Assembly: GCA_046290225.1 (NCBI GenBank)
Contig: JBKAGE010000064.1
Span: forward strand, 1 to 44,665
DNA from: Bradymonadia bacterium
GTDB lineage: Bacteria > Myxococcota_A > Bradymonadia > UBA7976 > UBA1532
Direction of reading: 5' to 3'
Length of the DNA stretch: 44,665 nucleotides
The notes below the pieces were generated by a model. The model searched no databases. It worked only from the letters and a program-made list of their open reading frames with translations, and had not been told where the DNA came from. The translations under genes were made by a program, and so were the position numbers. Position 1 is the first letter of the stretch. Each line of letters begins with the position of its first letter. Below are positions 29,398-37,987 of this stretch, piece by piece.

Positions 29398-30105
29398 ATG
29401 GAAGAGACCCTGATTCACGTATTGCTTGTCGAAGACGACGCCCGCCTCGCCGCGCTCACCCGGACCTATCTCGAGCGCAACGGGGTGGTGGTCACCTGGG
29501 TGGACAACGGCGGCGACGGCGTCAGCGAGGTCTTCAACCACCGCTTCGACGCCGTATTGCTCGACCTGATGCTCCCCGGCATGGACGGCCTCGAGGTCTG
29601 CCAGCGCATCCGAGGGCGCTCTGACGTACCCATCATCATGCTCACCGCCCGAGGCGAAGAGGCAGATCGGGTCATGGGCCTGGAGATCGGCGCCGACGAC
29701 TACATGCCCAAGCCCTACAGCCCTCGAGAGCTGCTGGCTCGACTGCGGGCCACGGTGCGCCGGGCCCGAGGCCGCGTGGGCCCCAGAGACACGCCGGTAC
29801 AGGTGGGTGATTTACACCTCGACCCCGGCCGTCTTGAGGCCCGCCTCGACGGGCGCCCCCTCGATCTCACATCGTACGAGTTCAGTCTGCTCAAGGTGCT
29901 CGCAGAAGCCGCCGGCCGGGTGCTCAGTCGGGAGCAAATCATGGAGCGCGCTCGGGGCAATGCCGACGAGGCCTTCGATCGATCCATCGACGTGCACATC
30001 TCCCGGTTGCGACACAAGCTCGGCGACGATCCCCGCAAGCCGACCCGCATTCGTACGGTCCGCGGGGTGGGCTATCAGTTTATGTCCTCTGACGAGCGTC
30101 GGTGA
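29398..30105 (+). CDS. OmpR-family response regulator
   Basis: VEDD, DLMLP, GADDY.PKP, DRSIDVHISRLR and TVRGVGY motifs. Confidence 0.95.
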   Translation: MEETLIHVLLVEDDARLAALTRTYLERNGVVVTWVDNGGDGVSEVFNHRFDAVLLDLMLPGMDGLEVCQRIRGRSDVPIIMLTARGEEADRVMGLEIGADDYMPKPYSPRELLARLRATVRRARGRVGPRDTPVQVGDLHLDPGRLEARLDGRPLDLTSYEFSLLKVLAEAAGRVLSREQIMERARGNADEAFDRSIDVHISRLRHKLGDDPRKPTRIRTVRGVGYQFMSSDERR

Positions 30106-31424
30106 TGCTCGGGCCCTCCCTCAGCGGCCGTCGGCGCATGTTCTGGTCGGTGTATCTGCACGGTGTGCTGATGCTCGTGGTGGTGGCGCTCGTGGTGGGC
30201 GTGCTCGCGTGGAGCGCTGGGGGCCGGCCCTTCTGGCAGCAGCTAGAGCGCGGTGCGCAGGCCTCGCTGAGCACCGCCTCCGATCTCTCCGATCTCCAGC
30301 GCCGTATGGATCATCTCAACGTGCTGCTCGGTGCCAGCGGCGCGGTCTTCGGTCCTGATGGCACAGTCATCGCAGCTGCAGGCGACGCGCCACCAGCAGC
30401 GATCCCTGCCGACGAATACGCAGATCTGAACCACGATGAGCACACACACTACCGTCACGACGGACGCGTGCATCTTGCCTTGTTGTTGAACGAAGGACCC
30501 ATGGTCCCCCGTGGGGCCTATCTGGCGGTGAGCTGGCGAGACACCAAGAGCCCCCTGAAGTTCATCGGCGCCCTGATCTCCATCCTTGGCGTGCTGGCCC
30601 TGGCATCGATCCCCCTCGCCCGACACATCGCCCGGCCCATCGAGCGCCTCACGGCGACGGCGCAGGCCCTCGGCGCCGGTGACCTCTCTGCTCGAACGGG
30701 CCTGGAGCGCAAAGACGAGGTGGGGGCCCTGGCACGGGCCATGGACGAGATGGCCTCGCGCATCGATCACATGCTGAGCGCCGAGCGGGAGATGCTGGCC
30801 AACATCAGCCACGAGCTGCGCACGCCACTGGCCCGCATCCGCGTGGCCCTCGAGCTGTCCCAGCAAGATCCGAGCTTCCTCGCCGACATCGAGCAGGATC
30901 TCGGCGAGCTGGAGATGCTCGTGGCCGACGTACTCGCGAGCGCCCGCCTGGGGCAGGAGGGCCTGCCTCTGCACCTCGCCCCCCTCGATCCGGAGGCTGT
31001 GGTGCACGCTGCAGCCGAACGCTTGAGAGCCCGGCATCGCGATGTGGACTTGTCAGTGCACACCCACCTCGACGACATCCCCAACGTGCACGCTGACCCA
31101 GCACTGATCAGGCGCGTGCTCGACAACCTGCTCGAAAACGCGATGAAGCATGGCGCACCACCCATCTCGCTCTCGGTCCGCGGTGACGCAGCTCGGCTCA
31201 CCTTCGAAGTGGCTGATCAGGGCCCTGGCATCACCGAGGCCGATCGTGCCCAGGTCTTCGAGCCATTCTATCGCGCCGATCGGAGTCGCACACGAGGCAC
31301 GGGGGGCGTGGGTTTGGGCCTGTCGCTGTGTAAACGCATCGTCGAAGCCCACGGGGGCACGATCGAGGTGCGCCCTGGCACCGAGAACGGCTCGGTGTTC
31401 AGCTTCACGCTGATGACCGCCTGA
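30102..31424 (+). CDS. HAMP-domain sensor histidine kinase
   Basis: Two TM helices, HAMP, SHELRTPL, NLLENA and GVGLGL; start overlaps the regulator stop. Confidence 0.95.
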   Translation: MMLGPSLSGRRRMFWSVYLHGVLMLVVVALVVGVLAWSAGGRPFWQQLERGAQASLSTASDLSDLQRRMDHLNVLLGASGAVFGPDGTVIAAAGDAPPAAIPADEYADLNHDEHTHYRHDGRVHLALLLNEGPMVPRGAYLAVSWRDTKSPLKFIGALISILGVLALASIPLARHIARPIERLTATAQALGAGDLSARTGLERKDEVGALARAMDEMASRIDHMLSAEREMLANISHELRTPLARIRVALELSQQDPSFLADIEQDLGELEMLVADVLASARLGQEGLPLHLAPLDPEAVVHAAAERLRARHRDVDLSVHTHLDDIPNVHADPALIRRVLDNLLENAMKHGAPPISLSVRGDAARLTFEVADQGPGITEADRAQVFEPFYRADRSRTRGTGGVGLGLSLCKRIVEAHGGTIEVRPGTENGSVFSFTLMTA

Positions 31425-31441
31425 GACCGACAGCCATCGGC

Positions 31442-32785
31442 TCAGGGTACAGAGACGGCGATGCGAAAGCCGATGTCTTTCTCCTGACGCTCCGGATAGG
31501 TACCGCTCCGAAACGAGGCCCGCTGCGCTTCGGCGGAGTTGCCCCAACCTCCACCGCGGAACACCCTACTGTCGCCTGCGCCTTTGCCTCTCGCACTGCC
31601 GTCTACAGGGGCGTCTTCGTAACCGCCATGGATATCTTGCACCCACTCCCACACGTTTCCGGTCAGGTCACACACCCCCTGTGCGGAGTGCCCATCGGGC
31701 TTGCTGCACACCGGCTGTGTGTTGGGCATGCCACAGCCATCTTCGCCTGTATCCCGCATCACCGCTTGCCGGCACGTCGCCGGTGCATCACCCCAGGGGA
31801 AAGCCTGCGCTCGGCCTCCGCTTCGGGCGGCATACTCCCACTCTGCCTCGCTTGGCAAGCGCCCACCGGCCCACTTGGCGAAGGCCGCAGCCTGCTTCCA
31901 ATGCACGCAGTTGATCGGATGTGATGCCCGCTCGGGCTTGCCCCAGTTGCACCGGCTGTCGCTGGTCAGCCCCTTGGTGCTGCAAGCCCTGGCATCAACA
32001 CACGCCTTGTATTGCGCCACGGTGATCTCAGTCCTGGAGATCGCGAAGGCCTTCACGCTGACCTCGTGCACAGGCGCTTCGTCCACGGCGCCATCAGTGG
32101 ATCCCATCATGAAGCGCCCTTCAGGGAGCAGGATCATCTCGACACCCGCCTTCGCGGCTTTGGGCCGCAGCACGGTGGCTACTGTATCCGGCTGTGTGTA
32201 TGCGCGGTGTCTCGATAACCTCTGCGCGATACGTCCCTGCTTCTCTTTGCCCTTCGGCGCTTTGCCGTGCAGCTTGATGGCCGCTTCCCCCTTGCGCATC
32301 AAGGGTTTCAGCAGCCGCCTCGCCACCTGTCGCGCCGCCGCCTTCATATCGCTTTTCTTCTTCTTCGCGACCCCGACCTCGGCAGCGAGCAGCTCACCAG
32401 AGCCTACGGACTGGAGCCGCATGGACACCTTCACGCCGCTACGGGTTCTGGTGACTGCGCCACTCACCACATAGTCAGCCCGGAGCAGCCGCCCGGTCGC
32501 CACGTCACAGTTGCCGTCACAGGCCATGAGCGACGTGGTCAGCGCCCGCTGAAGCACCTTGCTTCCAGCCATGACGGCATAGACCTCTTCAGGCAACCTA
32601 GTCGCCTCATCCTGAGCCACCTGAGCCAGACCGTACAGTCTCTCGAACTTCACGCCCGAGTCGTTCGTGAACATCAACACGGCGACCGAATCGCGACCCT
32701 CGGCGACTCCAGCACAGCAAAACACGAGGACCGCAACCCACATCATGTGTCTCGCGTGTCGCAGCATCGACATCAGGGGAATCAT
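31442..32785 (-). CDS. FGE-sulfatase (SUMF1) domain protein with N-terminal TolB-N/CsgG-like domain
   Basis: FMMGS, TEIT, RLPSEAEWEYAAR, GNVWEW, RGGGW and GFR motifs; start uncertain. Confidence 0.88.
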   Translation of the reverse strand: MIPLMSMLRHARHMMWVAVLVFCCAGVAEGRDSVAVLMFTNDSGVKFERLYGLAQVAQDEATRLPEEVYAVMAGSKVLQRALTTSLMACDGNCDVATGRLLRADYVVSGAVTRTRSGVKVSMRLQSVGSGELLAAEVGVAKKKKSDMKAAARQVARRLLKPLMRKGEAAIKLHGKAPKGKEKQGRIAQRLSRHRAYTQPDTVATVLRPKAAKAGVEMILLPEGRFMMGSTDGAVDEAPVHEVSVKAFAISRTEITVAQYKACVDARACSTKGLTSDSRCNWGKPERASHPINCVHWKQAAAFAKWAGGRLPSEAEWEYAARSGGRAQAFPWGDAPATCRQAVMRDTGEDGCGMPNTQPVCSKPDGHSAQGVCDLTGNVWEWVQDIHGGYEDAPVDGSARGKGAGDSRVFRGGGWGNSAEAQRASFRSGTYPERQEKDIGFRIAVSVP

Positions 32786-32835
32786 CGAGCGCCCTTGTGT
32801 GTAAGCGGTGGTAGAGGAACCCATTCGGAGATGAG

Positions 32836-33810
32836 ATACCCAGTGTATTGCACGAAGCCATCGTGTCGATGTTCACGTCCGACCCGCAACTCACGATAGA
32901 GCTGTGGCAGAGCGCGGGATTGGGGCAGCTGCCCGACTACGACACGCTTCAAGGCGACAAAATCAACCTGTCTCAAGAGACGACGGCGGCATATGACGCC
33001 GACGGTGTGGCCCTGCTCAACTCAGCAGGCACACCACAGCTTGCACTCATCGTGGAGGTGCAGCTCGAGGTCAAAGAGGCCAAGCTCTACAGCTGGCCTG
33101 GCTATGTCGCCTCGGCCCGCTTCAAGAAACGCTGCGACGCCGAAGTACTGGTTGTCACACCATACGCTCGAGTGGCCCGTTGGGCGCGACAGCCCATCCG
33201 CCTCGGGCGAAACAGCTGGGTCACCCCCATCGTCTTCGGCCCTGAAGAGATTCCCGTCACCTCAGACCCGGAGTTCGCGAAAGCCCGACCCGAGATGATG
33301 CTTCTCTCGGCCATCACCCATGGCAAAGGACCCAGCGCAAACGACATCGCCGTGGCTGCGGCGGCCATGGTGTCGTCCCTCGACGAAGACAAACACGACC
33401 TCTACAATGATTTGGTGTTCGCGCACCTCTCACGACGTGCCAAGGAGGCCTTCCAAGACATGTTCAAGCACCCCAAAATCACCGAGCCCTTCTCCGACGA
33501 ATACAAAGCCGTCGTTGCCGAGGCTGCAGCCAGGGCCGCTGACAAGGCCAGAGCAGAGGCCAGAGCAGAGGCCAGAGCAGAGGCCAGAGCAGAGGCCAGA
33601 GCAGAGGCCGAAGCAGCCGCAAAGGCTGCGGCCAGGCACAGCCGCATCGAGATGCAGCGTGAAACCCTGAAGAAACAGATGCGATTCAAGTTCCGAGCCC
33701 TCAGCGAGGACCATGTACGCTTCATCGACGCAGCTGATGCTGACACCCTTGATGGCGCCCTCGAGCGCATCCTCAGCGCTGACACCCCAGAGGGCGTGCT
33801 CCACAGCTGA
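32836..33810 (+). CDS. Rpn-like PD-(D/E)XK nuclease-family protein with C-terminal DUF4351-like domain
   Basis: ADGV...IVEVQL...KLYSWPGY; helical (EARA)n tract; C-terminal KF...LERIL. Start is ATA 32836 or TTG 32848. Confidence 0.75.
   Translation: MPSVLHEAIVSMFTSDPQLTIELWQSAGLGQLPDYDTLQGDKINLSQETTAAYDADGVALLNSAGTPQLALIVEVQLEVKEAKLYSWPGYVASARFKKRCDAEVLVVTPYARVARWARQPIRLGRNSWVTPIVFGPEEIPVTSDPEFAKARPEMMLLSAITHGKGPSANDIAVAAAAMVSSLDEDKHDLYNDLVFAHLSRRAKEAFQDMFKHPKITEPFSDEYKAVVAEAAARAADKARAEARAEARAEARAEARAEAEAAAKAAARHSRIEMQRETLKKQMRFKFRALSEDHVRFIDAADADTLDGALERILSADTPEGVLHS
33545..33609 (+). repeat. Perfect 12-bp tandem repeat AGGCCAGAGCAG x5.4 encoding (EARA)n
   Basis: Directly visible in the sequence. 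Confidence 0.95.
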
Positions 33811-33976
33811 TCGCAGCGCCCCCTGTATATACTGACACAGCCGCGAGATGGCCCTGACGCGCCGACCTCATCGACTCTCCCAATCAATCCAAGCACCTAG
33901 CGATATCGGCCTTGCACCATAAGAGTGGATCGGGGAGGCTTGCCCGAACCCGTATGCCGCTGAGGGACCAGACTGC

Positions 33977-34612
33977 ATGAGCGAGAGCCCCATCGCCCCC
34001 GCCCCGCCCACCGACGTCACCGAGCGTGACGCGCTGACCGCACCGCAGGTGCTCGCCGAGTTGGAGCTGCTCCGTCGCAAGACCGCGCTCTTCGAGCGGA
34101 GGCTCGCCAGCTGGGAAGATGGCCTCGCAGAAGTGCGCAAGCGGCTGCACGTTCTGGAGACCGAACGCAACCCTCAGACCCCTGAGTGGCAGGAGGAGCT
34201 CCGCGATGTACAGCATCGGGTGGGGCGCCTCGAAGCGCGACGGCTCAAAGCCCAGGCCCTCGGTGGTCCTTCCACCACCGCCGAAGCGCCGAGTAGGCGC
34301 TTCGGCGATCGGCCCGAGATCGAAGACACCATCGCCATCACCCGGGCGCGGTGGTCTCCCGAGAACGCCAAGGCCGGTGTCGAGGTCACGTTGAGTGCCA
34401 TCACCGACGGCATCGAAGCCGGTACGGAGATGCTCTTGAAGGTGCACAGCCTCGCCGCTGGCGAAGCCATCGCCGAGGTCAAGGGCAGCAGCAACGGCGA
34501 TCAGCTCACCGCCACCTGGAAGATCCCCAAATCGGTCAAGTCGACCGAGTTGTTCTTCACCGTGGAGCACAAAGGGGCCCGGGCCAAATCTTCGACCCTC
34601 GTCGTCGAGTGA
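33977..34612 (+). CDS. Hypothetical protein: coiled coil plus beta-sandwich; first gene of the spike operon
   Basis: Heptad-rich N-half and beta-rich C-half; 11-bp gap to the next gene. Confidence 0.7.
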   Translation: MSESPIAPAPPTDVTERDALTAPQVLAELELLRRKTALFERRLASWEDGLAEVRKRLHVLETERNPQTPEWQEELRDVQHRVGRLEARRLKAQALGGPSTTAEAPSRRFGDRPEIEDTIAITRARWSPENAKAGVEVTLSAITDGIEAGTEMLLKVHSLAAGEAIAEVKGSSNGDQLTATWKIPKSVKSTELFFTVEHKGARAKSSTLVVE

Positions 34613-34623
34613 AGGGGTAACCA

Positions 34624-35655
34624 GTGGCCAACAGGCTCGTCCGTCGAAATGTGCGCCAGGCCCCTCGGGACCACCGGAACCGCCCCATGGGCGCGGTCAT
34701 CGGCATCGTCACCGACAACAACGATCCTGAGGGCCAGGGCCGGGTGAAGGTCAGGTTCCCGTGGCTCAGCGACGAGACCAGCAGCCACTGGGCCCGCATC
34801 GCCCAGCCCTACGCCGGTGACGATCGCGGCTCGTTCTGGCTGCCGGAGATCGACGACGAGGTCTGTGTCATCTTCGAACGCGGTGACATCAACCACCCCT
34901 ACGTGCTCGGCGGTGTCTGGAACGGCAACGACAAGGTGCCGCCTCCGGGCAACGAGGCCGGGCCCAACGACTTCAAGATCTGGCGCACGCGCAACGCCCA
35001 CCAGATCATCTTCGAAGACACCGAGGGCGCCGAGCGGATCACCATCACCGACGGCCCCAACGAGCGCCACCTCGTGATCGACGTCGCAGCCGACACCATC
35101 ACCCTCACGGCTGATCCCGGCGACATCACCTTCGAAGCCCCTCAAAAGTCGGTGAGCGTCAACTGCGTCACCCTTGAGATCAACGCCACCAACAACAGCA
35201 CGTGGCAGGCCGACACCACCTTCACCGACACCAGCACTGATCGCAGCGAGACCATCGGTGGGCCCGACTCGGTGAGCGTGAAGCAGACCTGGGAGATGTC
35301 GACGAAGCAGGCGAGCATCAGCGCTGGCAGCAGCAGCCTCAGCTTCAAGCGTATGTCGGCCTCGGTGAGCGGCGATCTGCAAATGACCGGCACCGACAAG
35401 ACCATCAAGGGCACCCAGATCGCCCGGAAGTCGGCCCCTGAGACCGCTGACTTCGGCGCCCTTCAGGTCGAAGGCAGCGAGCGGGCGGCCTTCGCCAGCA
35501 ACGGTGACATCAAGATTCAGGCAGGCAACGTGCTCCTGGCCACCAAGGATGGCAGCATCTCTGGTGGCGCCGCCCTCACCCTCAACGGGGGCATGATCAC
35601 CCTCTCGGCCCAGACCGCCTTCTCGGCGAAGGGCGAACTCGTGAAGATCAACTGA
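34624..35655 (+). CDS. gp5/gpV-type spike protein 1 (OB fold plus beta-helix, no gp27 part)
   Basis: GIVTDNNDPEGQGRVKVRFPWL, PEIDDEV and GGVWNG motifs; ends GELVKIN. Confidence 0.88.
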   Translation: MANRLVRRNVRQAPRDHRNRPMGAVIGIVTDNNDPEGQGRVKVRFPWLSDETSSHWARIAQPYAGDDRGSFWLPEIDDEVCVIFERGDINHPYVLGGVWNGNDKVPPPGNEAGPNDFKIWRTRNAHQIIFEDTEGAERITITDGPNERHLVIDVAADTITLTADPGDITFEAPQKSVSVNCVTLEINATNNSTWQADTTFTDTSTDRSETIGGPDSVSVKQTWEMSTKQASISAGSSSLSFKRMSASVSGDLQMTGTDKTIKGTQIARKSAPETADFGALQVEGSERAAFASNGDIKIQAGNVLLATKDGSISGGAALTLNGGMITLSAQTAFSAKGELVKIN

Positions 35656-35665
35656 GGCGCACCGA

Positions 35666-36754
35666 ATGGCTCACGCACAAGGACTCCTCGACGGCATCTA
35701 CACCGGCATCGTCTCGAACAACCACGATCCGTTGAACATGGGGCGGCTCAAGGTCACCTTCCCCTGGACTTCAGATCAGATGGAGTCTCACTGGTGTCGC
35801 CTGGTGCAGCCCTATGCCGGCAACGAGCGAGGCATGTTCTTCATGCCCGAGGTGGGCGACGAAGTGCTGGTGGTCTTCGAGATGGGGGACTTCAACCAGC
35901 CCCTCGTCGTGGGTGGCACTTGGAACGGTGAAGATCCACCGCCCGAGCCCGGTGACCCGGACGGTTCGAACCACCACAAGATCATCGAGACCCGCTCAGG
36001 GCACACCCTGGTCTTCGGCGACGAGCCCGGCGAGGAGTTCATCCAGCTCAAGGACTCGTCGCTGCAGAACATCGTGCGCTGGGACTCGAAGACCGATCAC
36101 ATCAGCATCACCGCCCAGACCGGCGACATCATCATCCGGGCGCCCCAGGGCAGCATCAACTTGCTGGCCAAAGACGTGCGCTTCTCTGCCACCGACTCTT
36201 CGACCCGCACCGTGGGCGGCAACGAGACCATCACCGTGGAGCAGAGCGCCACGGAGATTCAGAGCAACAGCCGTACTCTGAGCGCCAACACCTCGCTCAC
36301 CGGCAGCGCCAAGACCTTCACGTTCGAAGCGAGCAGCAGCATCTCCGCCAGCGGCGGATCAGCCGAGGTGAAGGTGGACGGTCAGACCGGTAACGACCGG
36401 TTCAGCATCAGCGGCAGCACCACCGACACCGCCACCAGCCTCAACATCGAGGCCGAAGTCTTCAGTGAGCAGGTGGAGTCGCGCACCTGGAACGTCGCTG
36501 GCACCGCCAACTTCATCGCCGGCGCCCTGAGCTTCGACGCCAGCGGCAACTTCAGCCTGAATGGTGGCAACCTCACCATCAATTCGAGCGGTTACTTCGC
36601 CCTGCTCGGTGACAAGCTCGCCATGAAGGGCAGCATGATCACCTTCGCCGAGTGCGGGATGATCAACCTCAACCCCACGTCAGAGACGCCACCGCAGCCC
36701 GCCGTGAGCGGTCAATTCATCGCCCAGACCGCCGCTGGCGCCATCCCCAAGTGA
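35666..36754 (+). CDS. gp5/gpV-type spike protein 2
   Basis: GIVSNNHDPLNMGRLKVTFPW, PEVGDEVLV and TRSGH motifs; GMINLNP followed by a short tail. Confidence 0.88.
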   Translation: MAHAQGLLDGIYTGIVSNNHDPLNMGRLKVTFPWTSDQMESHWCRLVQPYAGNERGMFFMPEVGDEVLVVFEMGDFNQPLVVGGTWNGEDPPPEPGDPDGSNHHKIIETRSGHTLVFGDEPGEEFIQLKDSSLQNIVRWDSKTDHISITAQTGDIIIRAPQGSINLLAKDVRFSATDSSTRTVGGNETITVEQSATEIQSNSRTLSANTSLTGSAKTFTFEASSSISASGGSAEVKVDGQTGNDRFSISGSTTDTATSLNIEAEVFSEQVESRTWNVAGTANFIAGALSFDASGNFSLNGGNLTINSSGYFALLGDKLAMKGSMITFAECGMINLNPTSETPPQPAVSGQFIAQTAAGAIPK

Positions 36755-36760
36755 GGCCTG

Positions 36761-37987
36761 ATGCAGCTCCCCGGACCCAACCCGGAGTTCCCCCGGCATT
36801 TCGTCAACCATGACGGCTATCAGGCCCAGTACCTGCCCCAGAATGGTGAAGAGGGGAAGCTCGAGGCCTTCTACTTCGTGGTCAAGCGCAGCTACGACCT
36901 GACCCCGGGCAAGGCCACGCCGGCGATCATGCAGCGCCCGCTGTACACCTCCGACAGGTACTACGACACCGGCCTCGATCCATTGCGCACGCCCATGCGG
37001 TACGAGACCGATCTCATGCCTCCGAAGGTCGCCTGCGACGTCATCGTCAACGGCCACTGCTACGCCCCCGGGGGTGAGGCGGTGCAGGCGATTTGCAGCG
37101 TGCAGGTGGGCGACAACGCCCCCAAGCGGGTGCGGGTCATCGGCGATCGCTCGGTCTGGCAGCCCCGGGGCACTCGACGGGCGGCCATCACCGCAGCCCG
37201 GCCTTTCTCGGTCATGCCCCTGCGTTGGGATTACGCCTACGGCGGCGTCGATCAGCAGTGCGACACCGGCCTGGGCATCTACCCTGCCAACCCTTCTGGG
37301 GTGGGGTTCTGGGCCCAGGCCACCCCCGACGAAGAGGGCAACATCGGGCCGTCGCCTGATCATTACGGGGCCATGCCCAACCTCGAGCACCCCGACATAC
37401 CCATCGAGCTCGACCACATGTTTCATGACCCAGCCTCGTGGAAGAAGGCGCCGCCGCCGTGGTCCATGGGCTGGGTGCCCAAGCACTGGGAGCCACGTGC
37501 GAGCCGCGCCGGCATCGATCCCAAGGTGCGGCCCATGTGGGATCTCTTCTCCAAGTCGCCGCTGCTCAAGAAGTTCAACGTCGATCTGCCAGTGCGGGAG
37601 ATGGATCCGCGGTTCTTCAACGGCGCCCCCCATGGCCAGGTGATCCCGTTCCCTGTGGGCGGCGAGCTCGTGGTGCTCGAGAACATGCACCCCACGGAAC
37701 ACCAGCTGCGGTTTCGGCTGCCGGCAGAGCACCCCCGCATGCGGTGGAGCCTCGGCGGCGACGCGCCTCTGACTCCGGTGAGCCTGAAGATCGACACCAT
37801 CACCATCGAGCCTGATCTCATGGCGATGGATGTCTGCTGGCGGGGCAGACTGCCGGTGCCCACGGGCATGTCCATCGCCAAGATGAAGCACGCCCCCATC
37901 ATCGAGATCGACGGTGAGCTCACCGCGCCGGCCCAGCTGCTCGACTCGGGCTTCCCCATGGAGCTGATCACCGAAGGCAAGCCATGA
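36761..37987 (+). CDS. DUF2169-family effector adaptor/chaperone
   Basis: VVKRSY, DLMPPKVACDVIVNGHCYAP, PLRWDYAYGG, NPSGVG, FFNGAP and DTITIEPD motifs. Confidence 0.88.
   Translation: MQLPGPNPEFPRHFVNHDGYQAQYLPQNGEEGKLEAFYFVVKRSYDLTPGKATPAIMQRPLYTSDRYYDTGLDPLRTPMRYETDLMPPKVACDVIVNGHCYAPGGEAVQAICSVQVGDNAPKRVRVIGDRSVWQPRGTRRAAITAARPFSVMPLRWDYAYGGVDQQCDTGLGIYPANPSGVGFWAQATPDEEGNIGPSPDHYGAMPNLEHPDIPIELDHMFHDPASWKKAPPPWSMGWVPKHWEPRASRAGIDPKVRPMWDLFSKSPLLKKFNVDLPVREMDPRFFNGAPHGQVIPFPVGGELVVLENMHPTEHQLRFRLPAEHPRMRWSLGGDAPLTPVSLKIDTITIEPDLMAMDVCWRGRLPVPTGMSIAKMKHAPIIEIDGELTAPAQLLDSGFPMELITEGKP

Noticed and set aside
31442..31600. FGE-sulfatase/CLec C-terminus as a diversity-generating retroelement variable region
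   Set aside because: No reverse transcriptase and no template repeat seen in the window
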